Source: Nitrosopumilus sp. (GTDB lineage Archaea > Thermoproteota > Nitrososphaeria > Nitrososphaerales > Nitrosopumilaceae). Taken from it: a stretch of DNA of 64,000 nucleotides. The stretch spans positions 1,088,001-1,152,000 of the forward strand of contig OZ244732.1 of assembly GCA_965219345.1 (NCBI GenBank), read 5' to 3'. Shown one piece after another: positions 29,226 to 38,690 of the stretch; the stretch's first letter is position 1, and every line of letters begins with the position of its first letter. The position numbers and the translations under genes were made by a program. The notes below the pieces were generated by a model. That model did not search any database. It saw nothing but the letters and a program-made list of their open reading frames with translations, and had not been told where the DNA came from.

Positions 29226-29267
29226 ACGTGACTTCCACATATTAATCACTTTTGACAATGAAAAATA

Positions 29268-29951
29268 ATGTCTGATGTTTTGCTTATACAAAATACAAGA
29301 ATTGAAGGTTCTGGATACTTGGGTGATCTTCTCAAAAATGATGGATTCAAAATTACTTCAGTTAACGCAAAACATGAACAGCTCCCTGAGAAAGATTTTT
29401 CTCTAGTTGTAATTTTAGGAGCTCCTGAAAGTGCAAATGATAATTTACCGTATCTTCAGTCACAACAACATCTTATCAAAAATTGTGTGGAAAAAAATAT
29501 TCCTGTTCTGGGAATTTGTTTGGGCTCTCAATTGATTGCTAAAGCTTTTGGTGCAAAAGTATACGGTGGACCGCAAAAGGAGATCGGATTTTACAATGAT
29601 TTGAAAATTTATAACAACTCTCCATTGTTTTCTAATTTCAAAAACCCTTTTACTGTCTTTCATTGGCATGGTGATACCTTTGATTTGCCTCAAGGTGCAG
29701 TTAGATTAGCCTCATCTGAGCACTATCTGAATCAGGCTTTTCAATACAAAAGTGCGATAGGATTACAATTCCATTTAGAAGTAGATGAAGCAATGGTTAA
29801 CTTGTGGCTTGACAACACCAAGGAAAAACTAGGAGAAATTCCATACATAGATCCGCAAAAAATTCGCTTAGATATCAACGAAAATATTTCAACTGTAAAA
29901 TCAAATATGAAGAATTTTTACAACAACTTCAAATCATCATACAATCTTTGA
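29268..29951 (+). CDS. Class I glutamine amidotransferase (GMP synthase-like)
   Basis: GICLGSQL, WHGDTF, QFHLE. Confidence 0.92.
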   Translation: MSDVLLIQNTRIEGSGYLGDLLKNDGFKITSVNAKHEQLPEKDFSLVVILGAPESANDNLPYLQSQQHLIKNCVEKNIPVLGICLGSQLIAKAFGAKVYGGPQKEIGFYNDLKIYNNSPLFSNFKNPFTVFHWHGDTFDLPQGAVRLASSEHYLNQAFQYKSAIGLQFHLEVDEAMVNLWLDNTKEKLGEIPYIDPQKIRLDINENISTVKSNMKNFYNNFKSSYNL

Positions 29952-30089
29952 CCAAAATGTAATGCGTCTTATTCAGATAAAGAAAAAATTCATTTCTATA
30001 AGGAAAATAACTGTCCATGTTGTCATCTAAAGTTAAGAATGAGGAAAACAATTCAACAGAAACGACAAATCGAAATAGAAAGAAGTTGA
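29952..30089 (+). pseudogene. 5'-truncated CPCC zinc-finger protein
   Basis: Start-less PKCNASYS...NCPCCHLKLRMRK...* directly after the GATase stop codon. Confidence 0.5.
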
Positions 30090-30269
30090 GAAATCAAACA
30101 AAAAATAAAATAGTTTTTACCTGAGCTTAGGAGGAAAAGTAAACAACAACTTGTGAGGGTATATCTTAGCTAAACTCAGACATTATGATGCTATGATTTA
30201 TGATATGAAACTTTTATTGCCAAATTCTATGATCAAAATATTTTTATTCAAATATTATGCCTGATATGC

Positions 30270-30577
30270 ATGGTTGATTATGTCTCTCTATAGAACAAGC
30301 AAAAAATATGAGAAAGTCAATAAATGTAATTGGAATAATTAAATCGAAGTCAGAACCAAAAACCGTTAATCGTAAAAATGGTATTGCTTCTGAGGTTTGT
30401 GATGCCATAATATATGACGAGACAGGCGAAATGCCAATTACTTTATGGGACGATGCTGTTGAAAAATATAATGATGGTGATAAAATATCTATCACAAATG
30501 GATACACCAATGAGTTTAGGGGAGTCTTTTCACTAAATTCTGGCAAGTTTGGGATAATACAACTAATCCAAGATTAG
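30270..30577 (+). pseudogene. Single OB-fold ssDNA-binding protein (SSB), 5' frameshift
   Basis: ATG 30270 gives MVDYVSL*; removing one CT from the TCTCTCT run gives MVDYVSIEQAKNMRKSINV...ITLWDD...ITNGYTNEFRG...GKFG. Confidence 0.78.
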
Positions 30578-30695
30578 AATATTTTATGAAGATCTTAGGA
30601 AAGAATTAGATTTGTGATAGTTAGATAGTAAAATTTCTACTAAAGTTGTAGAATTAAAGTAAAAGGTAATAATAAATGGTTTACTTTAATTTAGA

Positions 30696-30989
30696 ATGCA
30701 AAGAAGAGATAGAAGAAAAATTGATTTTACTAGACATGCTGAAAAAAGATTAATAGATAGAGAAATAACTCGTGCACAAGTTTTAACAGTTTTAATGAAT
30801 CCTGATGATGTTCTTCAAGCTGATTCAGATGATCGTTTCAAATGTTATGGTACGCCTGGGGATATTCCTTATCCAGAAGAACCATTCCTAGTGGTTATAT
30901 ATGAACAAACTAATATTAAAATTAAGGTTATAACTATAATGTGGCAAGATACAGGAGGTTTGAGAGCTAGTGGATTCAGTAGAATATGA
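30696..30989 (+). CDS. DUF4258 family putative toxin (RelE/BrnT-like)
   Basis: FTRHAEKRL..R.I....V..VL..PD, KVITI. Confidence 0.8.
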   Translation: MQRRDRRKIDFTRHAEKRLIDREITRAQVLTVLMNPDDVLQADSDDRFKCYGTPGDIPYPEEPFLVVIYEQTNIKIKVITIMWQDTGGLRASGFSRI

Positions 30990-31188
30990 TAAAGAAGCTA
31001 ACGCGTTTTATTTTAGATTAAGCAACAACAAAGTGGTCAAAACCATACCTTATGGAAATGATAAATTTATTGACATAGATAAAGATGGTAAGATTGTAGG
31101 TATGGAAGTTTTGAATAATGCGAAGCTAGCCCCAATGGAGTTCAATGAAGTTGTTCGAAGAACAGATCAGATCAAGTTAACTGCATAA
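30970..31188 (+). CDS. DUF2283 family putative antitoxin
   Basis: YDKEANAFYFRL...IDIDKDGKIVGMEVL; overlaps the DUF4258 gene. Confidence 0.88.
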   Translation: MDSVEYDKEANAFYFRLSNNKVVKTIPYGNDKFIDIDKDGKIVGMEVLNNAKLAPMEFNEVVRRTDQIKLTA

Positions 31189-31851
31189 TTTTTTACTTAG
31201 ATTTTATTATTAAAATGCGATCAGTTAAAATTTAATATACTGTTATTTAAAATAACTTTTCAAATGCTAGCTTATGAGCTTTATTGTGAGAATGACAAAA
31301 CAAAGCAAGACTCTGGTGGATGTATTCCAATTAAAAAAACATTTTTCCTTGAAATTCTATGTTATATTTCATAAAACAATGATATCAAAAATAGATCTTA
31401 AGCATTATGATATCATGTTTTTTATAAATTATTAGATATTATTTTACTTTTTGCAGGTAAATTTACCTATATTAATTAGAATTGCAAAATAGATATTATA
31501 ATACCGAGTCTCAACAAATTCAAACCTTCAAAGCATTGAATTCATAGCATAAATCTTGAACCATGCCATTTACCTTCCCTGTTTTTTTGGTTTTTATTTT
31601 CTTGGATTTGCTACTAGAATCTTGAGCCTCGTTATTGATGTATGATAAGATCTCTTTTTGCTCATAGTTAGATCTGATTTGATCCATCATCTATTCTTAT
31701 TTTGTAGATCTTCATTAAGGTTATGTGTAATCAGGTGCAGATAAAGCATTGATCCAATAAATCTGCGATCTATCTACTTTTTGCGATCAGCTTTTACGAT
31801 CATTTTTTGCATGCAGTAAAGATAATATTTCTATTCAATTTTTACAAACAC

Positions 31852-32241
31852 ATGTCTCAATATGCTCAGTTTGAATGCGATGCAAGAAATGCGCTTGAAA
31901 AACATTTGAAAGTAAAATTGTATTCTGGAAAGGTATCAATCAAAGGCAAAGAAAAAAGTTTTGATATTTTGAATAAAGACAAAAGAATTGTTGGTGATGT
32001 AAAAAATTACAAGACCACATCAGGCCGAAACCGACCATCTGCAAAATTTTCAATATTAAACGAATACTGCTGGATAATGAAAATGATTGAAAATGATTCT
32101 TCAGAGAAATGGATGAAATTATTTGTTATTGGTGAGGACAGAGAGATGCTATTGCAGTATGTAAAAGAATTTGATGCGTGGCTTGATGATATTGAAGTGT
32201 ATTATTATTCCTACAAAGGTGGAATTGAAAAGATTCGTTAA
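31852..32241 (+). CDS. Small PD-(D/E)XK-like nuclease-fold protein
   Basis: Probable ATG at 31852; FE...KSFDIL...IVGDVK, PSAKFS..NEY. Confidence 0.6.
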   Translation: MSQYAQFECDARNALEKHLKVKLYSGKVSIKGKEKSFDILNKDKRIVGDVKNYKTTSGRNRPSAKFSILNEYCWIMKMIENDSSEKWMKLFVIGEDREMLLQYVKEFDAWLDDIEVYYYSYKGGIEKIR

Positions 32242-32370
32242 TCCATTTGATTCGTTTAAAATTGTTTTTTATTTTTTCCAAATAAAATCAAGAGTATTTT
32301 GAAGAATATCCATATTGTTATTTGATTTCTTTTTAATTCCCCTATTTAATTTCATTTAGTTTTGATGGCG

Positions 32371-33000
32371 TCATATTCTGATTTCTCCTGACATTAATTT
32401 TGGAAGTAAAATGTCTCGAATTTGTGTCAAATACTGGATTTGTTCATTGTTTTTCCAAATGTTGTAAAATAATGGATCAATAATTTGGTTAAACAAGATT
32501 ATTTTTTTAGAAGGAGGAATAATTATTTTGAAAGTATATACATCATCTTTGTTAACTGCACCATACACAGTTCCATCTGATTCAAATTTTTGCCATTCAT
32601 TAAATGAATTTTTTAGAAAATAATAAAGAAAAGAACCATGATTGTTTTTTAATCTTAATGATGCTAATCCTCTACCTATACTACATTTTTCTTTAGATAT
32701 ATTGATTGCAGCTATTGGAGCCCTTACTGTAAATAAGATATCATTTTTTTCTGCAAATCTTTTCGGAGATGTGCAATAAATTCTAGGAGTTGGAAAAAAA
32801 TCCCCAAAATCAGTTTTGCCTTGAAAGAAAACAATACCTTTACCATTTTCATTGTATGAAGTTCCTGGAGGCGATTGACCCATAATAATTTCACAAATAT
32901 TCTCTAAATTTCCCACATGCCATGATTTTGGAATTTGTCCTAATTTTGAATCCTCAAACTCTGTAACTCCATCATAGTCAACAAACCATGATTTGAAGAT
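32371..33000 (-). pseudogene. hsdS: Type I RM specificity subunit half-gene (silent hsdS cassette A)
   Basis: Open from IFKSWFVDY through GQIPKSW, MGQSP, VRAP, IGRGL to RDILLPKLMSGEIRI*; no N-terminal half. Confidence 0.88.
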
Positions 33001-33036
33001 TAGGTGATCAAGTCAACAAACCATGATTTGTTGACT
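32976..33036. other. Paired putative recombination sites between hsdS cassettes
   Basis: 20-bp direct repeat AGTCAACAAACCATGATTTG (32976, 33011); the second copy is a perfect AGTCAACAAA-CCATGA-TTTGTTGACT inverted repeat. Confidence 0.7.
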
Positions 33037-33704
33037 ATGAGTTTCCCGACTTGAACGGAAGACCGTACAGGTCGTCAGGCGGGGAGATGATGTGGAATAA
33101 GGTATTGGGAAAAATTCCCATAGATTGGAAAATTAAGAAAATTGATGAAATATGTAATGTTTTTGGAGGTGGAACTCCTTCTACAAAAAATTTTGATTTT
33201 TGGGAAGGTAAAATCAATTGGATAGTGCCTTCTGATCTTACAAAATCTAAAAAAATCTTTATTGATAAATCAGAAAGGAAGATTACGTCAAAAGGTCTAG
33301 AAAATTGTTCATCAAAACTTCATTCGATAAATACCATTTTAATGACTTCAAGAGCAACTATAGGTCATATTGCAATAAACAAAGTTCCAGTTGCAACAAA
33401 TCAAGGCTTTATAGTTGTGGAACCCAATCGAAAAAATATGTTATACTATCTATTCAACAATCTCATTTCTAGAATATCTGAATTTATTGAAAATGCAAAT
33501 GGAACAACATTTCTAGAAATAAGTCGTGGAGTTTTCAGAAAATTACCAATTTTGCTACCTTCAGATAAGATTCTTACTTCTTTTCAGCAAATAGTTGGAC
33601 CTTTATATGATATGATATACACAAACGAAATAGAAATTCAAAAATTGAAGTTGCTTCGAGATAATTTACTTCCAAAACTGATGTCAGGGCAAATCAGAGT
33701 GTGA
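33027..33704 (+). pseudogene. hsdS: Type I RM specificity subunit half-gene (silent hsdS cassette B)
   Basis: FVDYEFPD...GKIPIDW, GGGTPST, TSRATIG, NQGF, GTTFLEIS, RDNLLPKLMSGQIRV*. Confidence 0.88.
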
Positions 33705-33764
33705 AATTGAAGTGACAGGAGATATTATGGAAATGATTCATGTTACTTTTTTGTAGTCTGAGAA

Positions 33765-34057
33765 CTAGGAATTATTATCTCTGCCATACAAATTCTTGTG
33801 ATCATCTAAATCCAACAAATATACAATGTATTCATCATAGTTTATCAGATAAATCAAGCTGTGTGATTTGGTCATGTGTACTCCAAAACAATTTTTGTAT
33901 TTTCCATGTTTTTTGTTCCTATATCTGCTGGATCATCTGTAGATTCAAGTTCTACAATAAAATTCTTGAACTTTTTAATTAATGGTTTATTGGACTTGAA
34001 TTTACGTAATTTCTTATCTATGGTATCATCATACAGTTGTACTGACCAAGTATTCAA
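33765..34057 (-). pseudogene. RelE/ParE-like toxin, 1-bp deletion in an A-run
   Basis: MNTW...DDPADIGTK, then the shifted frame gives HGKYKNCFGVHMTKSHSLIY...LDDHKNLYGRD; span is 293 bp. Confidence 0.72.
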
Positions 34058-34659
34058 TCTTGTAAGATCTGGTCAACATGTGAGAGATATTCTGTGGCAG
34101 TGTATTTTTTGCCTCTAGTATTTCCTGATTGAATTGATTCTATTTTTTGCTCAATTGATTGGGTCAATGGTTTATTTTCAGAATTTGATTCATGCGGTAA
34201 TTTATCAGTAGATTTTAAGACATTTTCTTTAATCATACTGTTTATCGTAAATGAAGGGTATGCTTCATAGATATCTCTTAGAATTTTATCTGTTTTTTGT
34301 CTGTTTAGTTCAGTAAATTTCTCATACAAGTTTTTTATCGTATTGGCATATATTTTTGATAATTCGTTTAGTCTTTGTTTGCCTTTAATTTTTAAACTGT
34401 AAGTTGAAATTGTTTTGTTGTCAGTAATTTTTTCCACTTGTAATTGAACCAGATTATCTCTAACACATAGTTTGATATCGCTTGCCAATTCATCACTATA
34501 AGGACCATAATTATGTGCTCTCCAATCAGAATAGAAATTAAGATTTTTTAATTCATTATGATACAATTGTGCAGTCAAAAATCCATATTTTTGCATGCGA
34601 GTACTTCCCTTAATGGTCATATCATTTACCAGTACAATAACACGGTCAAGATTACTCAA
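34054..34659 (-). CDS. Panacea/DUF4065 (YwgA/SocA-like) antitoxin with C-terminal extension
   Basis: GSTRMQKYGFL...WRAHNYGPYSDEL; stop overlaps the toxin start. Confidence 0.72.
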   Translation of the reverse strand: MSNLDRVIVLVNDMTIKGSTRMQKYGFLTAQLYHNELKNLNFYSDWRAHNYGPYSDELASDIKLCVRDNLVQLQVEKITDNKTISTYSLKIKGKQRLNELSKIYANTIKNLYEKFTELNRQKTDKILRDIYEAYPSFTINSMIKENVLKSTDKLPHESNSENKPLTQSIEQKIESIQSGNTRGKKYTATEYLSHVDQILQD

Positions 34660-34689
34660 TGCTTAACATTTTTTCCTCTTACTGATATT

Positions 34690-34987
34690 TGAACTAAACC
34701 CTCATTGATAGGCACCTTTACATCAGAAAACAGGATTTGATGACACTCAGTTATTCTCAATTACGATACTGTGTGTTAGTGATTTTATCTGGTTTATTAC
34801 ATCATGGGGTATTTCAGGCAAGCCTAAGTTTAGTTTTCTAAGCATACTATCTAGTCTTGGTATTAATAACATTGTTGTAGGAACTATGTTCTGAATCAGT
34901 GTCAGTGCCTTGCAAGTTTCATAACTTTGAATACTTTGTGAGCTGAAAGTTCGACTGGCTCAATTTCATTCATTTCAATGACGTCAT
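34690..34987 (-). pseudogene. hsdR: Degraded 5' end of type I restriction subunit HsdR
   Basis: Across several frameshifts: SYNNVI..IPRLDSMLRKLNLGLPE...IENN*V.HQILFSDVKV; ATG overlaps the hsdS-remnant stop (ATGA). Confidence 0.65.
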
Positions 34988-35037
34988 ACTCTGATTTCTC
35001 CAGACATTAGTTTTGAAAGTAAAGAATCACGTAATGT
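34984..35037 (-). pseudogene. hsdS: Last 17 codons of an hsdS gene
   Basis: TLRDSLLSKLMSGEIRV*, matching the tails of cassettes A and B. Confidence 0.75.
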
Positions 35038-35039
35038 TT

Positions 35040-35234
35040 AGTTATCTACACGAGTCTTCAGTATCACGCAACTCACTTGTATTAGATATTAGTGAGATAT
35101 TCAAACCAATGATAGTAGACAAAACTATCTTTAGGATACTAAACAACAAGACAATACGTCCCCAACACTTTGATTCTAAACTAAATGGTGTGCTGTTAAA
35201 TGATGTCGGAAAGAAATTATTTGTAAAAGAGTAT
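35040..35234 (+). pseudogene. cas1: Cas1 internal fragment (type I-B-like)
   Basis: SYLHE...SLVLDISEIFKPMIVDKTIFRILN...HF...LNGVLLNDVGKKLFVKEY. Confidence 0.85.
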
Positions 35235-35247
35235 GTTGGCGCCTGAC

Positions 35248-35343
35248 GTTTGAATCGAACTATTACAGGATTGAAATGTGATTGCGACAGTATCGATTGT
35301 AACTTTGATATTACCTTTTGAATCAAACTATTAGGATTAAAAT
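35248..35343 (+). CRISPR. Vestigial CRISPR array end: one repeat, a 38-bp spacer and a degenerate terminal repeat
   Basis: GTTTGAATCGAACTATTACAGGATTGAAAT (30 bp, 35248..35277); degenerate TTTTGAATCAAACTATTAGGATTAAAAT (35316..35343); adjacent to the cas1 fragment. Confidence 0.78.
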
Positions 35344-35649
35344 ACTGGAAAAATCTTAGAAGAAAACAAAATAGAAAAAACTTTTGAGAATGTAGTTGTT
35401 GCACTTCAAAAACTATTCCCAGGAAAAAAACAGTGTGTCGTAGATTTATTAAATGAATCGTGCACCTGTGATGTTAATAAATATAAGAAACTAGTATGTC
35501 AGCATATTCGTGCAGCTAAAATTTATCAAGAAAAAATCTAACTTTGGTGTTGTTTATTTCATTTCTCCTAAGAATTGTATCAAATACCAAAGTTCCTGTA
35601 GGAAAAATGAAGATCACCTTTAAGGAACATATGAGCTTTAAGACTAGAG

Positions 35650-36053
35650 ATGAAATGCAAGAAAAATAAAATCATGGGAATTCAAGATGTAGCTGACCGA
35701 GTCTGGAAAAAGTATGGAGGACCAAAAGGCCCAGGATTCAATTTGAAATCATTGGCAGATAATATGGCCGGATGGACCGGTTACAGTTATTCTGATTCAT
35801 TAGCAGCTTTGAAAATATCTGCTTACAGAACCTAAAAAAGATTGATTACTTCTGATATAGAATTCTACTAGAAATAGCTCATTGGCCAAATCTGAAAAAA
35901 TACAAAAAATTGACAAAGGATGAGATTATTGGCGAAATAGCTAGTTGGTTTGACAAAGTTGGAACTGATGAATTCAATGATGCTGTGGACCAGGGATTAA
36001 TCCGACAAACTCCAGACAATCCCAAATTATATCAGTTGGCTGAAAGCTCTTAG
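35650..36053 (+). pseudogene. Degraded hypothetical gene(s)
   Basis: 61-aa ORF followed by a start-less frame YRILLEIAHW...FNDAVDQGLIRQTPDNPKLYQL. Confidence 0.35.
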
Positions 36054-36061
36054 ATAGACCC

Positions 36062-36266
36062 ATGTCTCAGTTGGATAATAGCCAAATCTGAAAAAGAACT
36101 TAAAGAAATTGAGAAAAAACTAAAAGAACAATTTCTAAAACAAATTGATGATTTTCAAAGTGGTAAAACTGAGCAATGGGGTTGTTGGATTTGTGGAGAA
36201 ATTATTACAGACAAAAATGAGCAAATAATTCATAGTAGAGATATTCATGGTGTTTTTTTCAAATAA
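36062..36266 (+). pseudogene. C2H2 zinc-finger protein, 5' frameshift
   Basis: ...EQWGCWICGEIITDKNEQIIHSRDIHGVFFK* (CX2CX12HX4H); the ATG at 36062 is out of frame. Confidence 0.5.
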
Positions 36267-36603
36267 TTATTCTGATTGTGTGTTTTGAATTATCGTGAGC
36301 CATTTGTTATCAATTCTGCGAAAAACTCAAGCATTAAAAATTGAAAATAATGCAATTATTTAGCCTAGTTTTAACTTCAATTATGCTAGTTAAGAAAAAT
36401 ACTTTGTCTGACATTTAGGACACTTGTATAAATTTCTAGGAAATCTATGACCGCATTCTAGACGCTGTTAAGTATTCATATGAACTGCAGAAGCTCGATA
36501 ATATTTTTGGTAAACAATAACTCCAGCTATGATAATTACAGCGGCAGCAAGAACAAAGACTAAACCATAACAATTCAAAAAAGAAAAAAAGAGCTTAAAT
36601 GTT

Positions 36604-37806
36604 CTACGATTCACTCAGATCTAGCACAACCCACACTCCATCACGTATTGCCCAGACAGCATAGTCTTCTGCCGCAAGATCTCCTGCATCATTAAGTGCA
36701 GTAGAGCCCACTGCGCCAACATGATTATTGGCAACAGACATGATGTTCTCTTTAATCTTATCAGTCTCTGTGCTTTGTGCTGCATCTATGGCAAGACCTG
36801 CAATGAATACTGCATCGTATGAAGAATATGCATAAACGCTAGGACTTCTACCAAGCTGCTCTTTTATGTGATTCTCTACTCTATCTGTTATAGTATTTGT
36901 GGCTGCTGCAAACTGTAAAGTTGTAAAGTCAACGTCTTGTGCAAACTTTAACCCAATAGGATCATCAACTATTTTCTGCTCATTGGTATTTGCATCAGAT
37001 CCAAACCAGCTTACATCATTTAGTATATCATGTGTAGAAGCTGATTGCATAAACTGTAGGCTTTCTGAAAAACCAATTAATAATACGCCAACCTTGTCTG
37101 CACCATATTCTTCCACATATCCCCGTACTTTTTCAGCTAGCAAAGATGTGGATGCTGAAAACTCTGGGGATTCAGGATTATACCGAATTCCTTCATCCGC
37201 TTGATTATTTTCTGTAAATGAGTTAATTGTGGCCTCTTTTAGTCCGTCACCCCAGGTGTCTGCTCTCCATACGGGAACTATCATCTCAATGCCGCGAGAT
37301 TTCATCAGCTCTGCAATTGCAGGACCTTGTTTATTATCATCTGGAACCATTCTATACACATTATCATCCGGTATAGCTAATGATGGTGCCGTACTACAAC
37401 AACTAATTAGTATTATATTGTTTGCAGTAGCATAGCCTATGATATTTCTAATATTAGAGCTAGTTGCAGGACCAACTACTGCATTAACGTCTTTTGCATG
37501 AAGTGATGTTAGTTTCTCTAAAGCAATAACGGGACTGGTCTGTGTATCCTCAACTATTCCATTAATTCTCCAGGACTTGTCATTTTCTTGTAGATACAAG
37601 TTAAAATCATCTATTGCTAATAGTGCAGCAATTCTGTCTTCTTCACCATGACTAGCTAGATCACCAGTTAATGGGAATAGTATGCCAATATCTACAATAT
37701 CTGGCAAATCAGATGTTTTTGTTTCTGGCTCGGAGATAATAAAAGACAATAACATTGATGCAATAACTGCAATAACAATTAGTGAAACTAATAATGTCTT
37801 ATTCAC
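36604..37806 (-). CDS. Periplasmic-binding-protein type 1 / ABC branched-chain amino acid-type substrate-binding protein
   Basis: N-terminal TM; IGILFPLTG, VGPATS, STAPSL, YRMVPDD, SSYDAV. Confidence 0.88.
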   Translation of the reverse strand: MNKTLLVSLIVIAVIASMLLSFIISEPETKTSDLPDIVDIGILFPLTGDLASHGEEDRIAALLAIDDFNLYLQENDKSWRINGIVEDTQTSPVIALEKLTSLHAKDVNAVVGPATSSNIRNIIGYATANNIILISCCSTAPSLAIPDDNVYRMVPDDNKQGPAIAELMKSRGIEMIVPVWRADTWGDGLKEATINSFTENNQADEGIRYNPESPEFSASTSLLAEKVRGYVEEYGADKVGVLLIGFSESLQFMQSASTHDILNDVSWFGSDANTNEQKIVDDPIGLKFAQDVDFTTLQFAAATNTITDRVENHIKEQLGRSPSVYAYSSYDAVFIAGLAIDAAQSTETDKIKENIMSVANNHVGAVGSTALNDAGDLAAEDYAVWAIRDGVWVVLDLSES

Positions 37807-38690
37807 ATAATTTAGAATTTTGCGGAATATAAAATTCTTTTGTAAGAAGGATTGTAAACTATTGAAGAACGTACTTGAATTAGCTTTTATCTATTGAAAA
37901 GCTGTTTCAAAGTATTTTTTAGGCGTGAATTATACAAAATAGAGTTTTACATGAAATAGTTTCTTTCCCTTATATCACTCTCCCTTCTTTTTGTTTTTCT
38001 TCTTCAATGAGATTTTCCATTAATATTCGTCTAAGATATCAAAAACAGTCTTCTTGTTTTTATCAAAGCCATTAAGAAAATCATATCAAAGTTGTTTTTA
38101 AATCTGCTTTTTTGAGGCGTTTTGAATTACAGTAAGAAACTTGTTTTTATCCTCAATTCTTACTTTGCCATGATGATCACTAGGTGGTGCCGTCAAGTTA
38201 TGGTAAGTAACCTATTATTATCTCAAGTTTAAGAAATCTCAAATACGTTTGATTTTATTATATTTTGATTGATATGGGACTCAACTACATATGTTCCAAT
38301 ATAGAGATCATCATCTACAAAAAAACTAAAATTAAATCTACTAGGTTCATCAAAGCATTGCTCTGATTGACCTTCTTCTAATTTTTCCATGTTGCAAGAC
38401 GAGAACTTAAAAAAAAACATTAAAAAATATTGAAAAAATCTTGAAATTATTGTTGATAATGCTGAGGAAGATAGTAATTATTAATCATATTAATTACATT
38501 AATTACATTGGTAAACGATTGCCCGTAAAGGTAATTTGATTAAGAGCCTGAAAATGGTTCCTAATCTTTTTTGTTTTCATATTTCAGAATTAGTTATGTG
38601 TCAGAATTATCGTTAAAAGTTGGATGTTTTTAGACAGCTAACTTTTCCTTTTAAAATATGGTTTATTCAAAATTCATGTAGATATTAGTT

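Noticed and set aside
35013-35246. 77-aa ORF as a real gene or casposon Cas1
   Set aside because: Chimeric frame: the start is antisense hsdS, the middle a cas1 fragment and the end probable spacer DNA; no PolB or terminal inverted repeats
37860-38480. Short ORF fragments including 38229..38420 and a 15-bp match to the propeller repeat
   Set aside because: Stop-riddled, low-complexity and with no recognisable family; the match is short
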